Below the pieces are notes generated by a model. It had not been told where the DNA came from and ran no database searches. It saw only the letters and a list, made by a program, of their open reading frames with translations. Source: Bacilli bacterium (GTDB taxonomy: Bacteria > Bacillota_I > Bacilli_A > ML615J-28 > CAG-698). Taken from it: DNA of 64,000 nucleotides. Positions 28,961 through 38,245 of the stretch are shown here, piece after piece. Location of the stretch: contig JAQUZE010000005.1 in the NCBI GenBank assembly GCA_028691515.1, positions 14,860-78,859 on the forward strand, in the 5' to 3' direction. A program made the translations under genes and the position numbers. Each line of letters opens with the position of its first letter. The stretch's first letter is position 1.

Positions 28961-29753
28961 ATTTCAGGAAATTATAAATATTTTACAGACAAGAGTTGGG
29001 ACACCATTAGGAATAGTTACTTTAATAATTGATATTTTATTAGTTATAGTAATTATATTTATTTTAGCAAAGTTAATAAAAGGTAAGATAAAATTATCTA
29101 TTTATTTTACAACAATAATAACTTTGGGGTTTTTGTTTGCTATTGGTTATTTTTTTGAGATTGTTTTAATTACTAAATTTGTAGAGTTATTATTTATATT
29201 AGGTGTTGTAATGTTGATTGTAGTTTATAATCAAGATATACGCTATTTTATGGAAGGAAAAATGGAAGTTAACAAGGTTGATAATATTTTTTCTTCAAAA
29301 CAAGAAAAAGATGATATTATTAAAATAATTAGTTCTGCAGTGAAGGAGTTATCTGATAAATCTGTTGGTGCATTAATAACTTTTGAAAGAGAAGATAGTT
29401 TACATAATATTATTCTTAATGCAATTCAAATTGATTCAAAAATTACTCATGAACTTATAACAACTATTTTTACTCCTGGAACAGCTTGTCATGATGGTGC
29501 AATGATTATACGAAGAGATAGAATAGTTTGTGCTGGAGCGTATTTACCAACAACTGAAAAATATAATGTGCCTACTTTTCTTGGAACGAGACATAGAGCA
29601 GCCATTGGTATTAGTGAAAGATATGATGCAGTTACTATTGTGGTTTCTGAAGAAACAGGAAATATTAGTATTACAGTAGACGGAGTAATTACTTTAGATA
29701 TTACTATTGAACGTTTAGAAGAATTATTGGATAAATATCTATTAAATAAATAA
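28950..29753 (+). CDS. cdaA: Diadenylate cyclase CdaA (DacA)
   Basis: Three N-terminal TM helices plus a DAC domain ([35 protein letters not shown]). The start is ATG 28950 or GTG 28941; both lie inside the ankyrin gene. Confidence 0.92.
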   Translation: MKDRFQEIINILQTRVGTPLGIVTLIIDILLVIVIIFILAKLIKGKIKLSIYFTTIITLGFLFAIGYFFEIVLITKFVELLFILGVVMLIVVYNQDIRYFMEGKMEVNKVDNIFSSKQEKDDIIKIISSAVKELSDKSVGALITFEREDSLHNIILNAIQIDSKITHELITTIFTPGTACHDGAMIIRRDRIVCAGAYLPTTEKYNVPTFLGTRHRAAIGISERYDAVTIVVSEETGNISITVDGVITLDITIERLEELLDKYLLNK

Positions 29754-29776
29754 TTATAAATAAGGAGGAAAGATAT

Positions 29777-30130
29777 ATGAGAATTGCTTTAATTGCCCAT
29801 GACAAGAAAAAAAGTCAAATGATTGAATTTTGTAAAAAAAATGAACAATTTTTAAGCGAACATATTCTTGCAGCAACAGGACAAACTGGACATTTAATAA
29901 TGGAAAATACTAGTTTAAAAGTACATTGTTATAAGTCAGGACCACTTGGAGGAGATCAAGAAATTGGGGCACAAGTTGCTAACAATGCTATTGATTTAGT
30001 TATTTTCTTTAGGGATCCTTTGACTGCTCAACCACATGAGCCAGATGTTTCAGCATTATTAAGGCTTTGTGATGTTTATGAGAAGCCTCTTGCTACTAAT
30101 GTTAGTACGGCTACAATGATTATCAGATAG
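29777..30130 (+). CDS. mgsA: Methylglyoxal synthase
   Basis: [22 protein letters not shown] and [21 protein letters not shown] closely resemble Bacillus MgsA. Confidence 0.93.
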   Translation: MRIALIAHDKKKSQMIEFCKKNEQFLSEHILAATGQTGHLIMENTSLKVHCYKSGPLGGDQEIGAQVANNAIDLVIFFRDPLTAQPHEPDVSALLRLCDVYEKPLATNVSTATMIIR

Positions 30131-30140
30131 GAGAAAAATT

Positions 30141-31640
30141 ATGACAGTAAATACTTATTACATTTTATTATCTATACTGTTTTCTTTAATATCTATTGCA
30201 ACATTTATTGTTGTTGCAACTTTTTCTAAAAAACTCACTTTTTTTAGTTTATTTTCTACAGTAATAGGTATTATTGGATATAATATTGTTTTTGTTTTTA
30301 GAGAACTAGAAACAATACAATTTTTATCTCAAAATCTTTGTTTTTGGACTTTCCTTGGAGGAATGATATTTTTAGTGATTAATTTAATACTGGTTCTTTT
30401 TGCAGTTAGAATTCATTCAAAGAGAAAAAAGCTTATTTTTTCTGCAAAAGAAAAATATTATAATAAATATTTTTGTTTACTAGCTAAAAACGATAATATG
30501 CTATTATTTAATCATAAAATTAAAAAAATATTGTCTAATGAACAAAATATAACAAAAAGAAAAGATATTTATAAATTATTAAAAAAAGCAGATAAGCCAA
30601 AGTTTAATTTATTTGTTGAAAATAATAATGTTGTATTTGAGTTAGAAAAGAAAGATTTATTTTATAAAGAAAAATTGGTTGGTTTTGCATATGTTGGTTC
30701 ATATGATTTATTGACAAAAATATTAACTGATTATGAAAGAAAAGAAGAAAATAAAGGTTTTAATAAATCTTCAAGTCAATTCTTTAATTTATCATTTGAT
30801 ATGTCTAGTGAAACAGTTATGTACTTTGATTTTGAATTGGGTAAATATGTTTTATCAAATTATATGAAAGAGTTATTGAATGAAAAAGACAATTATTTAT
30901 CTGAGGAAAAATATCAAGAAAAAATAGTTTCAAGTGATTTAGTAATTTATTTAAAGAAAGAATATCAAAGTGAGTTTATTAATAAGTATGAATATCGTGT
31001 TAAAACTGAAAAAGGAATTTTAAAATTTGAAGAATTAGTATATAAAGATAATAATAAAAATTATGATATTATTAGACCTTCTAGTAGATCCCATACAGAA
31101 GTTAATTATTTATCTAAAACTAATTTAAAAGAAGATATCGAAAAATATTATTCAAATAATTCAGAATTTATATTTATATATATTGATTTAAAGACTATAA
31201 CTAAAACTTTAGTTTTTGATAAAGAATTGGGTGATTTATTAACAAAAAATTATTTTATACTTTTAAAAGATAAATATTTAGATAATAAAGTCTATAGGCT
31301 TGAGAATAATCAATTTGCATTTTTACTAAATATAGATGAAGGGACTAGAATTAAAACAGATTTAGAAAACAATTGTTCATTGTTAACTTCAATGGAAATT
31401 ATGTTAGATAATGAGAAAATATTAATTGAGAATGTAGTTTCCTTTATTTATGCTAATGATATAGAAGAAAAAACCGCAGATAATTTAATTAGAATTGCTA
31501 TTAATGAAATTTATATGATTAGAGATTCTGAGAATACTGAGTTATATAGTATTTATCAAGTTCCAAAAAAGGATGAAGAATATAAATTTGAAGATATGAT
31601 AATTGATCTAAATGATGATGATTTAGATGAATTCCTATGA
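30141..31640 (+). CDS. Membrane protein with a C-terminal degenerate GGDEF-like domain
   Basis: Three to four N-terminal TM helices. The C-terminal ~160 aa follow the GGDEF-domain pattern, but the signature reads RLENNQFAFLL instead of RxGGDEFxxLL. Confidence 0.6.
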   Translation: MTVNTYYILLSILFSLISIATFIVVATFSKKLTFFSLFSTVIGIIGYNIVFVFRELETIQFLSQNLCFWTFLGGMIFLVINLILVLFAVRIHSKRKKLIFSAKEKYYNKYFCLLAKNDNMLLFNHKIKKILSNEQNITKRKDIYKLLKKADKPKFNLFVENNNVVFELEKKDLFYKEKLVGFAYVGSYDLLTKILTDYERKEENKGFNKSSSQFFNLSFDMSSETVMYFDFELGKYVLSNYMKELLNEKDNYLSEEKYQEKIVSSDLVIYLKKEYQSEFINKYEYRVKTEKGILKFEELVYKDNNKNYDIIRPSSRSHTEVNYLSKTNLKEDIEKYYSNNSEFIFIYIDLKTITKTLVFDKELGDLLTKNYFILLKDKYLDNKVYRLENNQFAFLLNIDEGTRIKTDLENNCSLLTSMEIMLDNEKILIENVVSFIYANDIEEKTADNLIRIAINEIYMIRDSENTELYSIYQVPKKDEEYKFEDMIIDLNDDDLDEFL

Positions 31641-32167
31641 TAAAAGCAGAATTAAGAACAAAAATGAAAATGGTAGAATTAGATAATTCTACTAAGTTAA
31701 TATATGATAAAGCAATTAATGATTTTTTAGAGAAATTATTATTTAATTATGAGAAAATAGCAGTATTTAAAGCTTTAGAATATGAAGTTAATATTGATCA
31801 AACAATTAATAGATATATTAATAAAAAGAATATTTATTTACCTGTTGCGAAAAAGAAGTTAAGATTTTATAAATATTCTTTAGATACTAAATTAATAAGA
31901 AGTAATTATAATGTTATGGAACCTACTTGTTCTACAGAAATTTCTATTAATGATTTAGAAGTTATCGTAATACCTTCTTTAGCAATTAACAAAAAGGGAT
32001 ATCGGTTAGGTCATGGAGCTGGATATTATGATAAGGCTTTAAAAGATTTTAAGGGATTAAAAATTGGAGTTATTTATAGTTATGGTTTTATAAATGATGA
32101 ATATCAAGAAAATCATGATATGAAATTTGATATTGTTATTACTGAGAAAGAAATTATTAGAATGTAG
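31637..32167 (+). CDS. 5-formyltetrahydrofolate cyclo-ligase
   Basis: Characteristic C-terminal motif VIPSLAINKKGYRLGHGAGYYDKAL. ATGA overlap with the upstream stop. Confidence 0.8.
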   Translation: MIKAELRTKMKMVELDNSTKLIYDKAINDFLEKLLFNYEKIAVFKALEYEVNIDQTINRYINKKNIYLPVAKKKLRFYKYSLDTKLIRSNYNVMEPTCSTEISINDLEVIVIPSLAINKKGYRLGHGAGYYDKALKDFKGLKIGVIYSYGFINDEYQENHDMKFDIVITEKEIIRM

Positions 32168-32175
32168 GTGATATT

Positions 32176-32844
32176 ATGTTTGATGTTGTTATTCTTGCTT
32201 CGGGAGGATCAACAAGATTTTCAGCAAAAGTCAACAAAATGTTGGTAACTTTAAAAACACGACCATTATTTTTAATATCAATTGATAAGTTTTTAAAAAT
32301 AAAAGATTGTGAGAATATAATATTAGTTATTAGCAAAGAAATAGAAGAAAATGTTATTTCAATTCTTACTAATTTAGAAATTATTGATAAAGTTAAATTA
32401 GTAATTGGTGGAGAAAATAGACAAGATAGCGCATTTAATGGTTTAAAAGAAGTGAGTAATGAAATTGTTTTGTTTCATGATGCAGCTAGGCCTTTAACTT
32501 TAAGTAGTGATATTAATCGGGTTTATGAAGAAGTTAAAAAGCATCGGGCAGCATTTTTAGCTAGTAAATCCACTAGCACAGTAAAAATGGTTGATGGAAA
32601 AGTTGTAACTATCGATAGAGAACATATCTTTTTTTCTGAAACACCTCAAGGAGGTTATGTGAAAGACTTTAGGAAAGCTTATGAGAAAGCTATTAAAAAA
32701 CAATTTAATGGTACAGATGATATGATTTTACTAGAGAAGTTTTTAAAAATTAATCCTTCACCAGTTTTAAGTAGAAATAAAAATATCAAAATAACTACTA
32801 TTGAAGATTATCAATATGCTAGATATTTAATTGGAGATAAATAG
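32176..32844 (+). CDS. ispD: 2-C-methyl-D-erythritol 4-phosphate cytidylyltransferase
   Basis: VILASGGSTRF, HDAARP and ETPQG motifs. Followed by ispF. Confidence 0.88.
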   Translation: MFDVVILASGGSTRFSAKVNKMLVTLKTRPLFLISIDKFLKIKDCENIILVISKEIEENVISILTNLEIIDKVKLVIGGENRQDSAFNGLKEVSNEIVLFHDAARPLTLSSDINRVYEEVKKHRAAFLASKSTSTVKMVDGKVVTIDREHIFFSETPQGGYVKDFRKAYEKAIKKQFNGTDDMILLEKFLKINPSPVLSRNKNIKITTIEDYQYARYLIGDK

Positions 32845-33320
32845 TGGAAATTAAAATTGGACATGATTCGGATACTCATCCTTTAAAAAAAGGAAAGGTT
32901 TTATATTTGTGTGGTATTAAAATACCCTATGATAAAGGTCTAGAGGGGCATTCTGATGCAGATGTTGTATTACATTCTGTTGCAGGATCAATAATTGGAG
33001 CTTTAGGATTGGGTGATTTAGGAACATTATTTAAGGATGATAATCCTGACTATAAAGATATTAGATCTGATTATTTTATTTACAAAGTTAATGATTTGAT
33101 GAAATTATATGGTTATAAGATTAATAATATTGATATTACTATATATATAGAAAAACCAAAGATTAATGAATATATAATTAATATGAAGGACCACCTTGCT
33201 AATTTACTGAATATTTCAAATGATAAAATTAATATTAAAGCAACTCATTTAGAAGGATTAGGTTTTATTGGAAGAGGTGAAGGAGTTACAGCTGATTCAG
33301 TAGTTCTTTTAATAAAATAA
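32844..33320 (+). CDS. ispF: 2-C-methyl-D-erythritol 2,4-cyclodiphosphate synthase
   Basis: IGHDSDTH, GHSDADV and LGDLG motifs. GTG start overlaps the ispD TAG stop by 1 nt. Confidence 0.88.
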   Translation: MEIKIGHDSDTHPLKKGKVLYLCGIKIPYDKGLEGHSDADVVLHSVAGSIIGALGLGDLGTLFKDDNPDYKDIRSDYFIYKVNDLMKLYGYKINNIDITIYIEKPKINEYIINMKDHLANLLNISNDKINIKATHLEGLGFIGRGEGVTADSVVLLIK

Positions 33321-33384
33321 GATAGCATATTAGTCTTAATATTATAAAAAAAATAGTATAATTGTTGTAAGGAGTGACTAATTT

Positions 33385-33630
33385 ATGAATATTGAAGAAA
33401 AAGAAAAAAAAGTAAGGTTTATTTTAGATAAGGTTAGACCATATATTCAAAATGATGGTGGCGATGTTGAGTTTGTAAGAATAGAAAATGGTATTGTTTT
33501 TGTTAAAATGCTTGGTGCTTGTGTTGGTTGTGCGAGTGTTGATGTTACGTTAACAGAGGCAATTGAGACGATAATATTAGAAGAAGTACCTGGTATAATT
33601 GGTGTTGAACAAGTATTTGATGATTTTTAA
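33385..33630 (+). CDS. NifU C-terminal domain (Nfu-type) Fe-S cluster carrier
   Basis: 81 aa with DGGDVEFV...GACVGC, the typical Nfu CxxC motif. Confidence 0.85.
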   Translation: MNIEEKEKKVRFILDKVRPYIQNDGGDVEFVRIENGIVFVKMLGACVGCASVDVTLTEAIETIILEEVPGIIGVEQVFDDF

Positions 33631-33647
33631 AAATTATTTATTATAAT

Positions 33648-33677
33648 AAAACTGGAATATTTTATATTCCAGTTTTT
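33648..33677 (+). terminator. Rho-independent terminator after nfu
   Basis: Perfect 13-bp stem AAAACTGGAATAT/ATATTCCAGTTTT with a 3-nt loop and T-rich 3' side. Confidence 0.8.
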
Positions 33678-33744
33678 ATATTTATAAATTTTCGATATTT
33701 ATTATATATAATAAATGTGTTATAATTAAGTTAGGAGATGTAAT

Positions 33745-34185
33745 ATGAAAAGAAAAATTATTAATAATCAAAATAATCAAAGAAAAGCCATTGGTAATAT
33801 TGTTTTTAAGATAATGGTAGGAATAGCTGTTGTTATAGTTTTTGGAACTTTCTTTTTTTTAACTGCTCCTGAAGGAGCAAGTGATGAAGAACTTGTTGAA
33901 ATTACTAAGTATCGACATTTGGTTTCATTTGCTATTTTTGCTGTTTTACTACCATTTGCTTCTATTTTTTGGGAAATGATGGGTGGCATTTATGATAGCA
34001 ATAAAATTATTCTTAAAATTGTAGTGTGTTCTTTAGTTGCTGTTGGTGGAGGATTAGTTTCATTACTTACTTGGGATGCTTTAGTTGTTGAAATATCAAT
34101 GTATATTTCTTTGTTGTCTTTAGTTTTTTCTTTGATTCCAACAATAAAACCTGAAGAAGTTAAGGAGTTGAGGGAAAATGGTTAA
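33745..34185 (+). CDS. Hypothetical membrane protein (4 TM)
   Basis: Hydrophobic ORF with an AGGAG SD. I recognise no family. Confidence 0.5.
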   Translation: MKRKIINNQNNQRKAIGNIVFKIMVGIAVVIVFGTFFFLTAPEGASDEELVEITKYRHLVSFAIFAVLLPFASIFWEMMGGIYDSNKIILKIVVCSLVAVGGGLVSLLTWDALVVEISMYISLLSLVFSLIPTIKPEEVKELRENG

Positions 34186-34513
34186 AAAAGGAGATATTTT
34201 AAATGGAGAAATTTCTAATATTGTTGGATATGGAGCTTTTGTAAAAACAAAGGACTATGATGGTTTAATCCATATTTCTGAAATTTCTGATAAGTTTGTT
34301 AGAAATATTCATGATTTTTTGAGCATTGGACAAAAAGTGAGAGTTGAAGTTTTAGATGTAGATGAGAATAGCAAACAGCTAAAATTGAGTTTTAAATCTG
34401 TTAATAAAACTAGAGGTATTAAAGTTTCTGTACCAGAATATAAAATAGGTTTTAAATCTTTAGAGGAGAAAATCCCAGAAATGATTAATGAGTTTAAAAA
34501 AAATAGCTTTTAA
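34178..34513 (+). CDS. S1 RNA-binding domain protein (YabR / general stress protein 13-like)
   Basis: S1/OB motif GDILNGEISNIVGYGAFVK...GLIHISE. Confidence 0.8.
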   Translation: MVKKGDILNGEISNIVGYGAFVKTKDYDGLIHISEISDKFVRNIHDFLSIGQKVRVEVLDVDENSKQLKLSFKSVNKTRGIKVSVPEYKIGFKSLEEKIPEMINEFKKNSF

Positions 34514-34619
34514 AAGTTATTTTTTTAATTTGTCTTGAAGAATATGATATCTAGATGATATGTTTTTAATGAATTTTATAAGGGTATATGATATAATACC
34601 AAAGGAGAATAGTGAAAAA

Positions 34620-35072
34620 ATGAAAAAAGAAATAATTATAAATTCAATAGAAGATACTATTGCTTTAGGAGAAAAACTCGGGAAAGAGTTAAATAAAAAT
34701 ATGGTTGTTTGTCTTGAAGGAGATCTAGGTGCAGGGAAAACTACATTTACGAAAGGAATTGGAAAAGGACTTGATATATGTGAAATTATTAATAGTCCTA
34801 CCTTTGTAATTATGAAAATTTATAATGGAAGATTACCATTATATCATTTAGATGTTTATCGACTAGATAATGAAAGCGGAGATGATTATTTAATTGAGTA
34901 TTTTGAAGCTGGAGGAGTTTCTGTTATTGAATGGGCTGATAATATATCTGATCTATTGCCTGCAGATTTTTTAAAAATTAGTATTTTTGATATGGGGGAT
35001 AAAATGAGAAAATTTGTTTTTGAAAGCACAGGATATATTTATGATTTACTATTAGAAAGAGTGGAGTTATGA
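34620..35072 (+). CDS. tsaE: tRNA t6A37 biosynthesis ATPase TsaE
   Basis: GDLGAGKTTFTKG P-loop, SPTF and YHLDVYR motifs. An AAAGGAGAA SD precedes ATG 34620. The ORF-track start 34560 has no support. Confidence 0.9.
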   Translation: MKKEIIINSIEDTIALGEKLGKELNKNMVVCLEGDLGAGKTTFTKGIGKGLDICEIINSPTFVIMKIYNGRLPLYHLDVYRLDNESGDDYLIEYFEAGGVSVIEWADNISDLLPADFLKISIFDMGDKMRKFVFESTGYIYDLLLERVEL

Positions 35073-35653
35073 AAATATTAATTATTGATACTTCAACAAA
35101 ATTTCTTTATGTTTCTCTAACAATTGACAATTTAGAAGTTTTTAAACATATATTAGAAGGTAAAAATAATCATTCTGAACATCTAATTCCAATTATTACT
35201 AAAGCTTTACAAGAAAATAATATTGGAGTTGGGGATTTAGATAAAATTATCGTAGGTAAAGGTCCTGGTAGTTATACCGGTTTAAGAATTAGTATGACTG
35301 TCGCGAAGATGTTTGCTTGGTCTAAAAAAATAGATTTGTATGCTATTTCGAGTTTAGATATTATTGCTAGTGGTTATTTTAAAAAAAATGGGATTTATGC
35401 AATTAAGAGTTTTGCTAAATATAATTATATATATGATAAAATTGTTGAAGTTAAAGAAGGAAATATTAATATTTTAACTAATGATGAGTTTTCTCTTGAA
35501 AGTGATTTTGATGAAAGAATTAAGGGTTTTGATTGTTTTATAATAAATGAAAATAACTACATTTATGATGTTTTTAAAATAATTGATTTAGCGACTGATA
35601 AGTGTGTAGATATTCATTCTCTAGGTCCCAATTATTTGAGGAAAGTTTTATAA
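35069..35653 (+). CDS. tsaB: tRNA t6A37 biosynthesis protein TsaB
   Basis: ILIIDTS...GKGPGSYTGLRI motif. tsaE-tsaB-rimI-tsaD synteny. Confidence 0.88.
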   Translation: MKILIIDTSTKFLYVSLTIDNLEVFKHILEGKNNHSEHLIPIITKALQENNIGVGDLDKIIVGKGPGSYTGLRISMTVAKMFAWSKKIDLYAISSLDIIASGYFKKNGIYAIKSFAKYNYIYDKIVEVKEGNINILTNDEFSLESDFDERIKGFDCFIINENNYIYDVFKIIDLATDKCVDIHSLGPNYLRKVL

Positions 35654-36120
35654 TGAAATATGAAATAAGAGAAATGAATGTAGATGACATTTACGCTGTT
35701 ATAGAAGGTGAAGAAGAAGTATTTGGTAAAAGTTTAGGCTTTGATTTTTTTTATCAAGATTTAAAATTAAATCCTTTTGCTTATTATTTTGTTTTAGATA
35801 TAAATGGAAGCGTTGAAGGTTATTTTGGTATTTATATTAGTGATTATATGGGGGATATAATAAACTTTTATGTTAGAAAAAAGTATCAAAAGTTAGGATT
35901 TGGAGGCTTGCTTTTAGATTTTATTATTGAATTGTGTGAAATGAGTAATTGTAAAAGTATAAGTTTGGAAGTAAGAAAAAGCAATACAAAAGCTATTTGT
36001 TTATATGAAAAAAGGGGATTTGTAGTTTCTCGTATGCGAAAAAGTTATTATGATGATGGTGAAGATGCGGTTGTGTACATTAAGTATTTTGAGGTGAAAG
36101 ATGATAGTTTTAGGGGTTGA
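35653..36120 (+). CDS. rimI: Ribosomal-protein-alanine N-acetyltransferase (GNAT)
   Basis: GNAT motif RKKYQKLGFGGLLL. TAATG overlap with tsaB. The ORF-track start 35602 lies inside tsaB. Confidence 0.85.
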   Translation: MKYEIREMNVDDIYAVIEGEEEVFGKSLGFDFFYQDLKLNPFAYYFVLDINGSVEGYFGIYISDYMGDIINFYVRKKYQKLGFGGLLLDFIIELCEMSNCKSISLEVRKSNTKAICLYEKRGFVVSRMRKSYYDDGEDAVVYIKYFEVKDDSFRG

Positions 36121-37063
36121 AACAAGTTGTGATGAAACAGCTGTAAGTATAGTTGTTAATGGAAAAGATGTTCTTTCTAATGTTGTTTATTCACAAATAG
36201 CTATTCATAGTAGTTATGGGGGAGTTGTCCCTGAAATAGCAAGTAGACATCATGTTTTAAAAATTACATATGTTTTTGAACAAGCATTAAAAGAAGCTAA
36301 GTTGGAGGCAAAAGATATTGATTTAGTAGCTGTTACTTCACATCCAGGATTAATTGGCTCTTTATTTGTGGGAATTAATGCTGCAAAAGCTTTTGCTTAT
36401 GCCAATGATATTAAATATGTTGAAGTAAATCATTTAACCGGACATATTTATGCTAATTATATTGAGAGTGATTTTTATTTTCCTGTTTTAGCTTTAGTTG
36501 TGAGTGGTGGACATACAGAATTAATTATTATGAAGGATCATTATCAGTATGAATTATTAGGACAAACTTTAGATGATGCTGTTGGTGAAGCATATGATAA
36601 GGTTGGTAGAGTTATGGGACTTCCTTATCCAGCTGGTAAAGCTCTAGATGATTTAGCTTTTACTGGTAAGGTAACTTATGATTTACCATTTGTTTACCTT
36701 GATAAAGATTCCTATGAATTTAGTTTTAGTGGATTAAAAAGTGCTGTTTTAAATGTTGTTAATAAAGCTAATATGAAAAATGAAGAAATAAATTATGCTG
36801 ATTTAGCTGCTTCTTTTCAAAATAGTGTAGTTACTGTATTGGTAAAAAAAACCATTAAGGCTGCTATTAACCATAATATTAAGCATATAGTGGTTGCTGG
36901 TGGAGTTGCTGCTAATAGAGGTTTACGAAAAGCTTTATATAATGCTGTAGAGTCATTACCGGGAATTAAACTAACTTTTCCTAGTATGAAATATTGTACT
37001 GATAATGCAGCAATGATTGCGGTTAGCGGCTATTTCAAATATTTGGCTGAAACTGGCAAATAA
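36101..37063 (+). CDS. tsaD: tRNA N6-adenosine threonylcarbamoyltransferase TsaD
   Basis: LGVETSCDETA, VNHLTGH, SGGHT and VAGGVAAN motifs. Confidence 0.93.
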   Translation: MIVLGVETSCDETAVSIVVNGKDVLSNVVYSQIAIHSSYGGVVPEIASRHHVLKITYVFEQALKEAKLEAKDIDLVAVTSHPGLIGSLFVGINAAKAFAYANDIKYVEVNHLTGHIYANYIESDFYFPVLALVVSGGHTELIIMKDHYQYELLGQTLDDAVGEAYDKVGRVMGLPYPAGKALDDLAFTGKVTYDLPFVYLDKDSYEFSFSGLKSAVLNVVNKANMKNEEINYADLAASFQNSVVTVLVKKTIKAAINHNIKHIVVAGGVAANRGLRKALYNAVESLPGIKLTFPSMKYCTDNAAMIAVSGYFKYLAETGK

Positions 37064-37073
37064 AAATATTGTG

Positions 37074-37102
37074 TTGATTTTAGAACATATTTTTGATACA
37101 AT
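37074..37102 (+). promoter_or_regulatory. Sigma-A type promoter for the LRR lipoprotein gene
   Basis: TTGATT (37074-37079), 17-nt spacer ending in TG, TACAAT (37097-37102). Confidence 0.55.
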
Positions 37103-37138
37103 ATTTAATAGTAAGATATATACTCACAAGGAGGCAAT

Positions 37139-38155
37139 ATGAAATTATTTAAAAAAATTTGGCTTCTAGCTTTGTTTTTTGTAACAGCTATATTTTTAGT
37201 AGGTTGTGGTTCAAGAACTTATAATGCAGAAGAAACTGGTATAAAAAACGATGGAGTTTTTAATTATAAAGTAATAGAAAATAAAGCAGAAATTATAATT
37301 GTTGATGAAACAACAGGAATTGAAAGAACAGAAATTGTTGACGATAATTTTATAATTATTGTAAATTTAGTTAATCAACAAAAAGATGTTGTTGTTCCTG
37401 ATACAATTGAAGGGCTTCCTGTAAGAGAAATTGCTGATTTTGCTTTTTATGAATATTATAAACTTATTGGTTTAATTACGATTCCAAGAAGTAAATTAGA
37501 GACTATAGAATTACCAAATACTTTGCAAAAGATTGGAAAATTTGCTTTTTATCAAGCAAGGAATTTAAAATCTGTTATATTGCCTGCAAGTTTAAAAGAA
37601 CTTTCAGAATCAGCTTTTGCAGGTGCTAATAAACTTACTTCATTTACTATTAATAGAACAGAAAGTGAATATAAAGAATATGCTAGTAATAGTTCGGATT
37701 TAGATCCAATAATTATTACAGGTGGACGAGATGCTTTTGTTGGAGATTTTTTCACTTTAGAGGCTACTGAGCCTGTAAGTTGGGAATCAAGTAATCCTGG
37801 AACAGCAGCAATAGATCCTGATTCAGGTAGAATTACAACTCGAAGTGTCGGTATTTATACAATTACTGCTAAATCAAGACAAACTAATAAAGTATCAACA
37901 GTTACAATGGAAGTAATTCAAGAAGATTTAACAAATAAATTAGCTTTTAAAGATAAAGCAATGGATAGATTAAATAAATTAGAGTCTTTAGTTTTAAATG
38001 TAAAAAGTCCAGAATTACTTGGAATGACTGAAAATTTTTTAAAACTTAATAGTAATGTAAAAATTTATGTTCCTGAAGAATCTGTTAGTTTTTATAAAAA
38101 TCATAAAATTTTTAAAATATATGCTGATTCAATTTTTCCCATTGTAGAAAATTAA
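37139..38155 (+). CDS. Surface lipoprotein with BspA-type leucine-rich repeats and a Big_2 (Ig-like) domain
   Basis: Signal peptide with lipobox LVGC. LRR_5-like units (IADFAFY..., IGKFAFYQARNLKSVILP..., LSESAFAGANKL). Big_2-like SWESSNPGTAAIDPDSGRITTRSVGIYTITA. Confidence 0.75.
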   Translation: MKLFKKIWLLALFFVTAIFLVGCGSRTYNAEETGIKNDGVFNYKVIENKAEIIIVDETTGIERTEIVDDNFIIIVNLVNQQKDVVVPDTIEGLPVREIADFAFYEYYKLIGLITIPRSKLETIELPNTLQKIGKFAFYQARNLKSVILPASLKELSESAFAGANKLTSFTINRTESEYKEYASNSSDLDPIIITGGRDAFVGDFFTLEATEPVSWESSNPGTAAIDPDSGRITTRSVGIYTITAKSRQTNKVSTVTMEVIQEDLTNKLAFKDKAMDRLNKLESLVLNVKSPELLGMTENFLKLNSNVKIYVPEESVSFYKNHKIFKIYADSIFPIVEN

Positions 38156-38180
38156 AAACCTTTTTAAAAGGTTTTTTTTA
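38154..38180 (+). terminator. Rho-independent terminator after the LRR lipoprotein gene
   Basis: AAAAACCTTTT/AAAAGGTTTTT inverted repeat followed by a T-run. The stem is AT-rich and therefore weak. Confidence 0.55.
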
Positions 38181-38245
38181 TTGCAATAAGCAAATTTATT
38201 AGTATTAAGTGATTTATTTAGTGATTTTTAAAAAATATAAATTGA

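Noticed and set aside
1116-35652. N-terminally extended ORF-track starts: thrS 1116, rpsB 7656, pyrH 9764, frr 10428, uppS 11763, hflX 21317, tsaE 34560 and rimI 35602. Outside this span: lipoprotein 48172 and ligA 51373.
   Set aside because: The extensions overlap upstream genes, terminators or the SD itself and are absent from homologs. Internal ATGs preceded by good SD sequences match the conserved N-termini.
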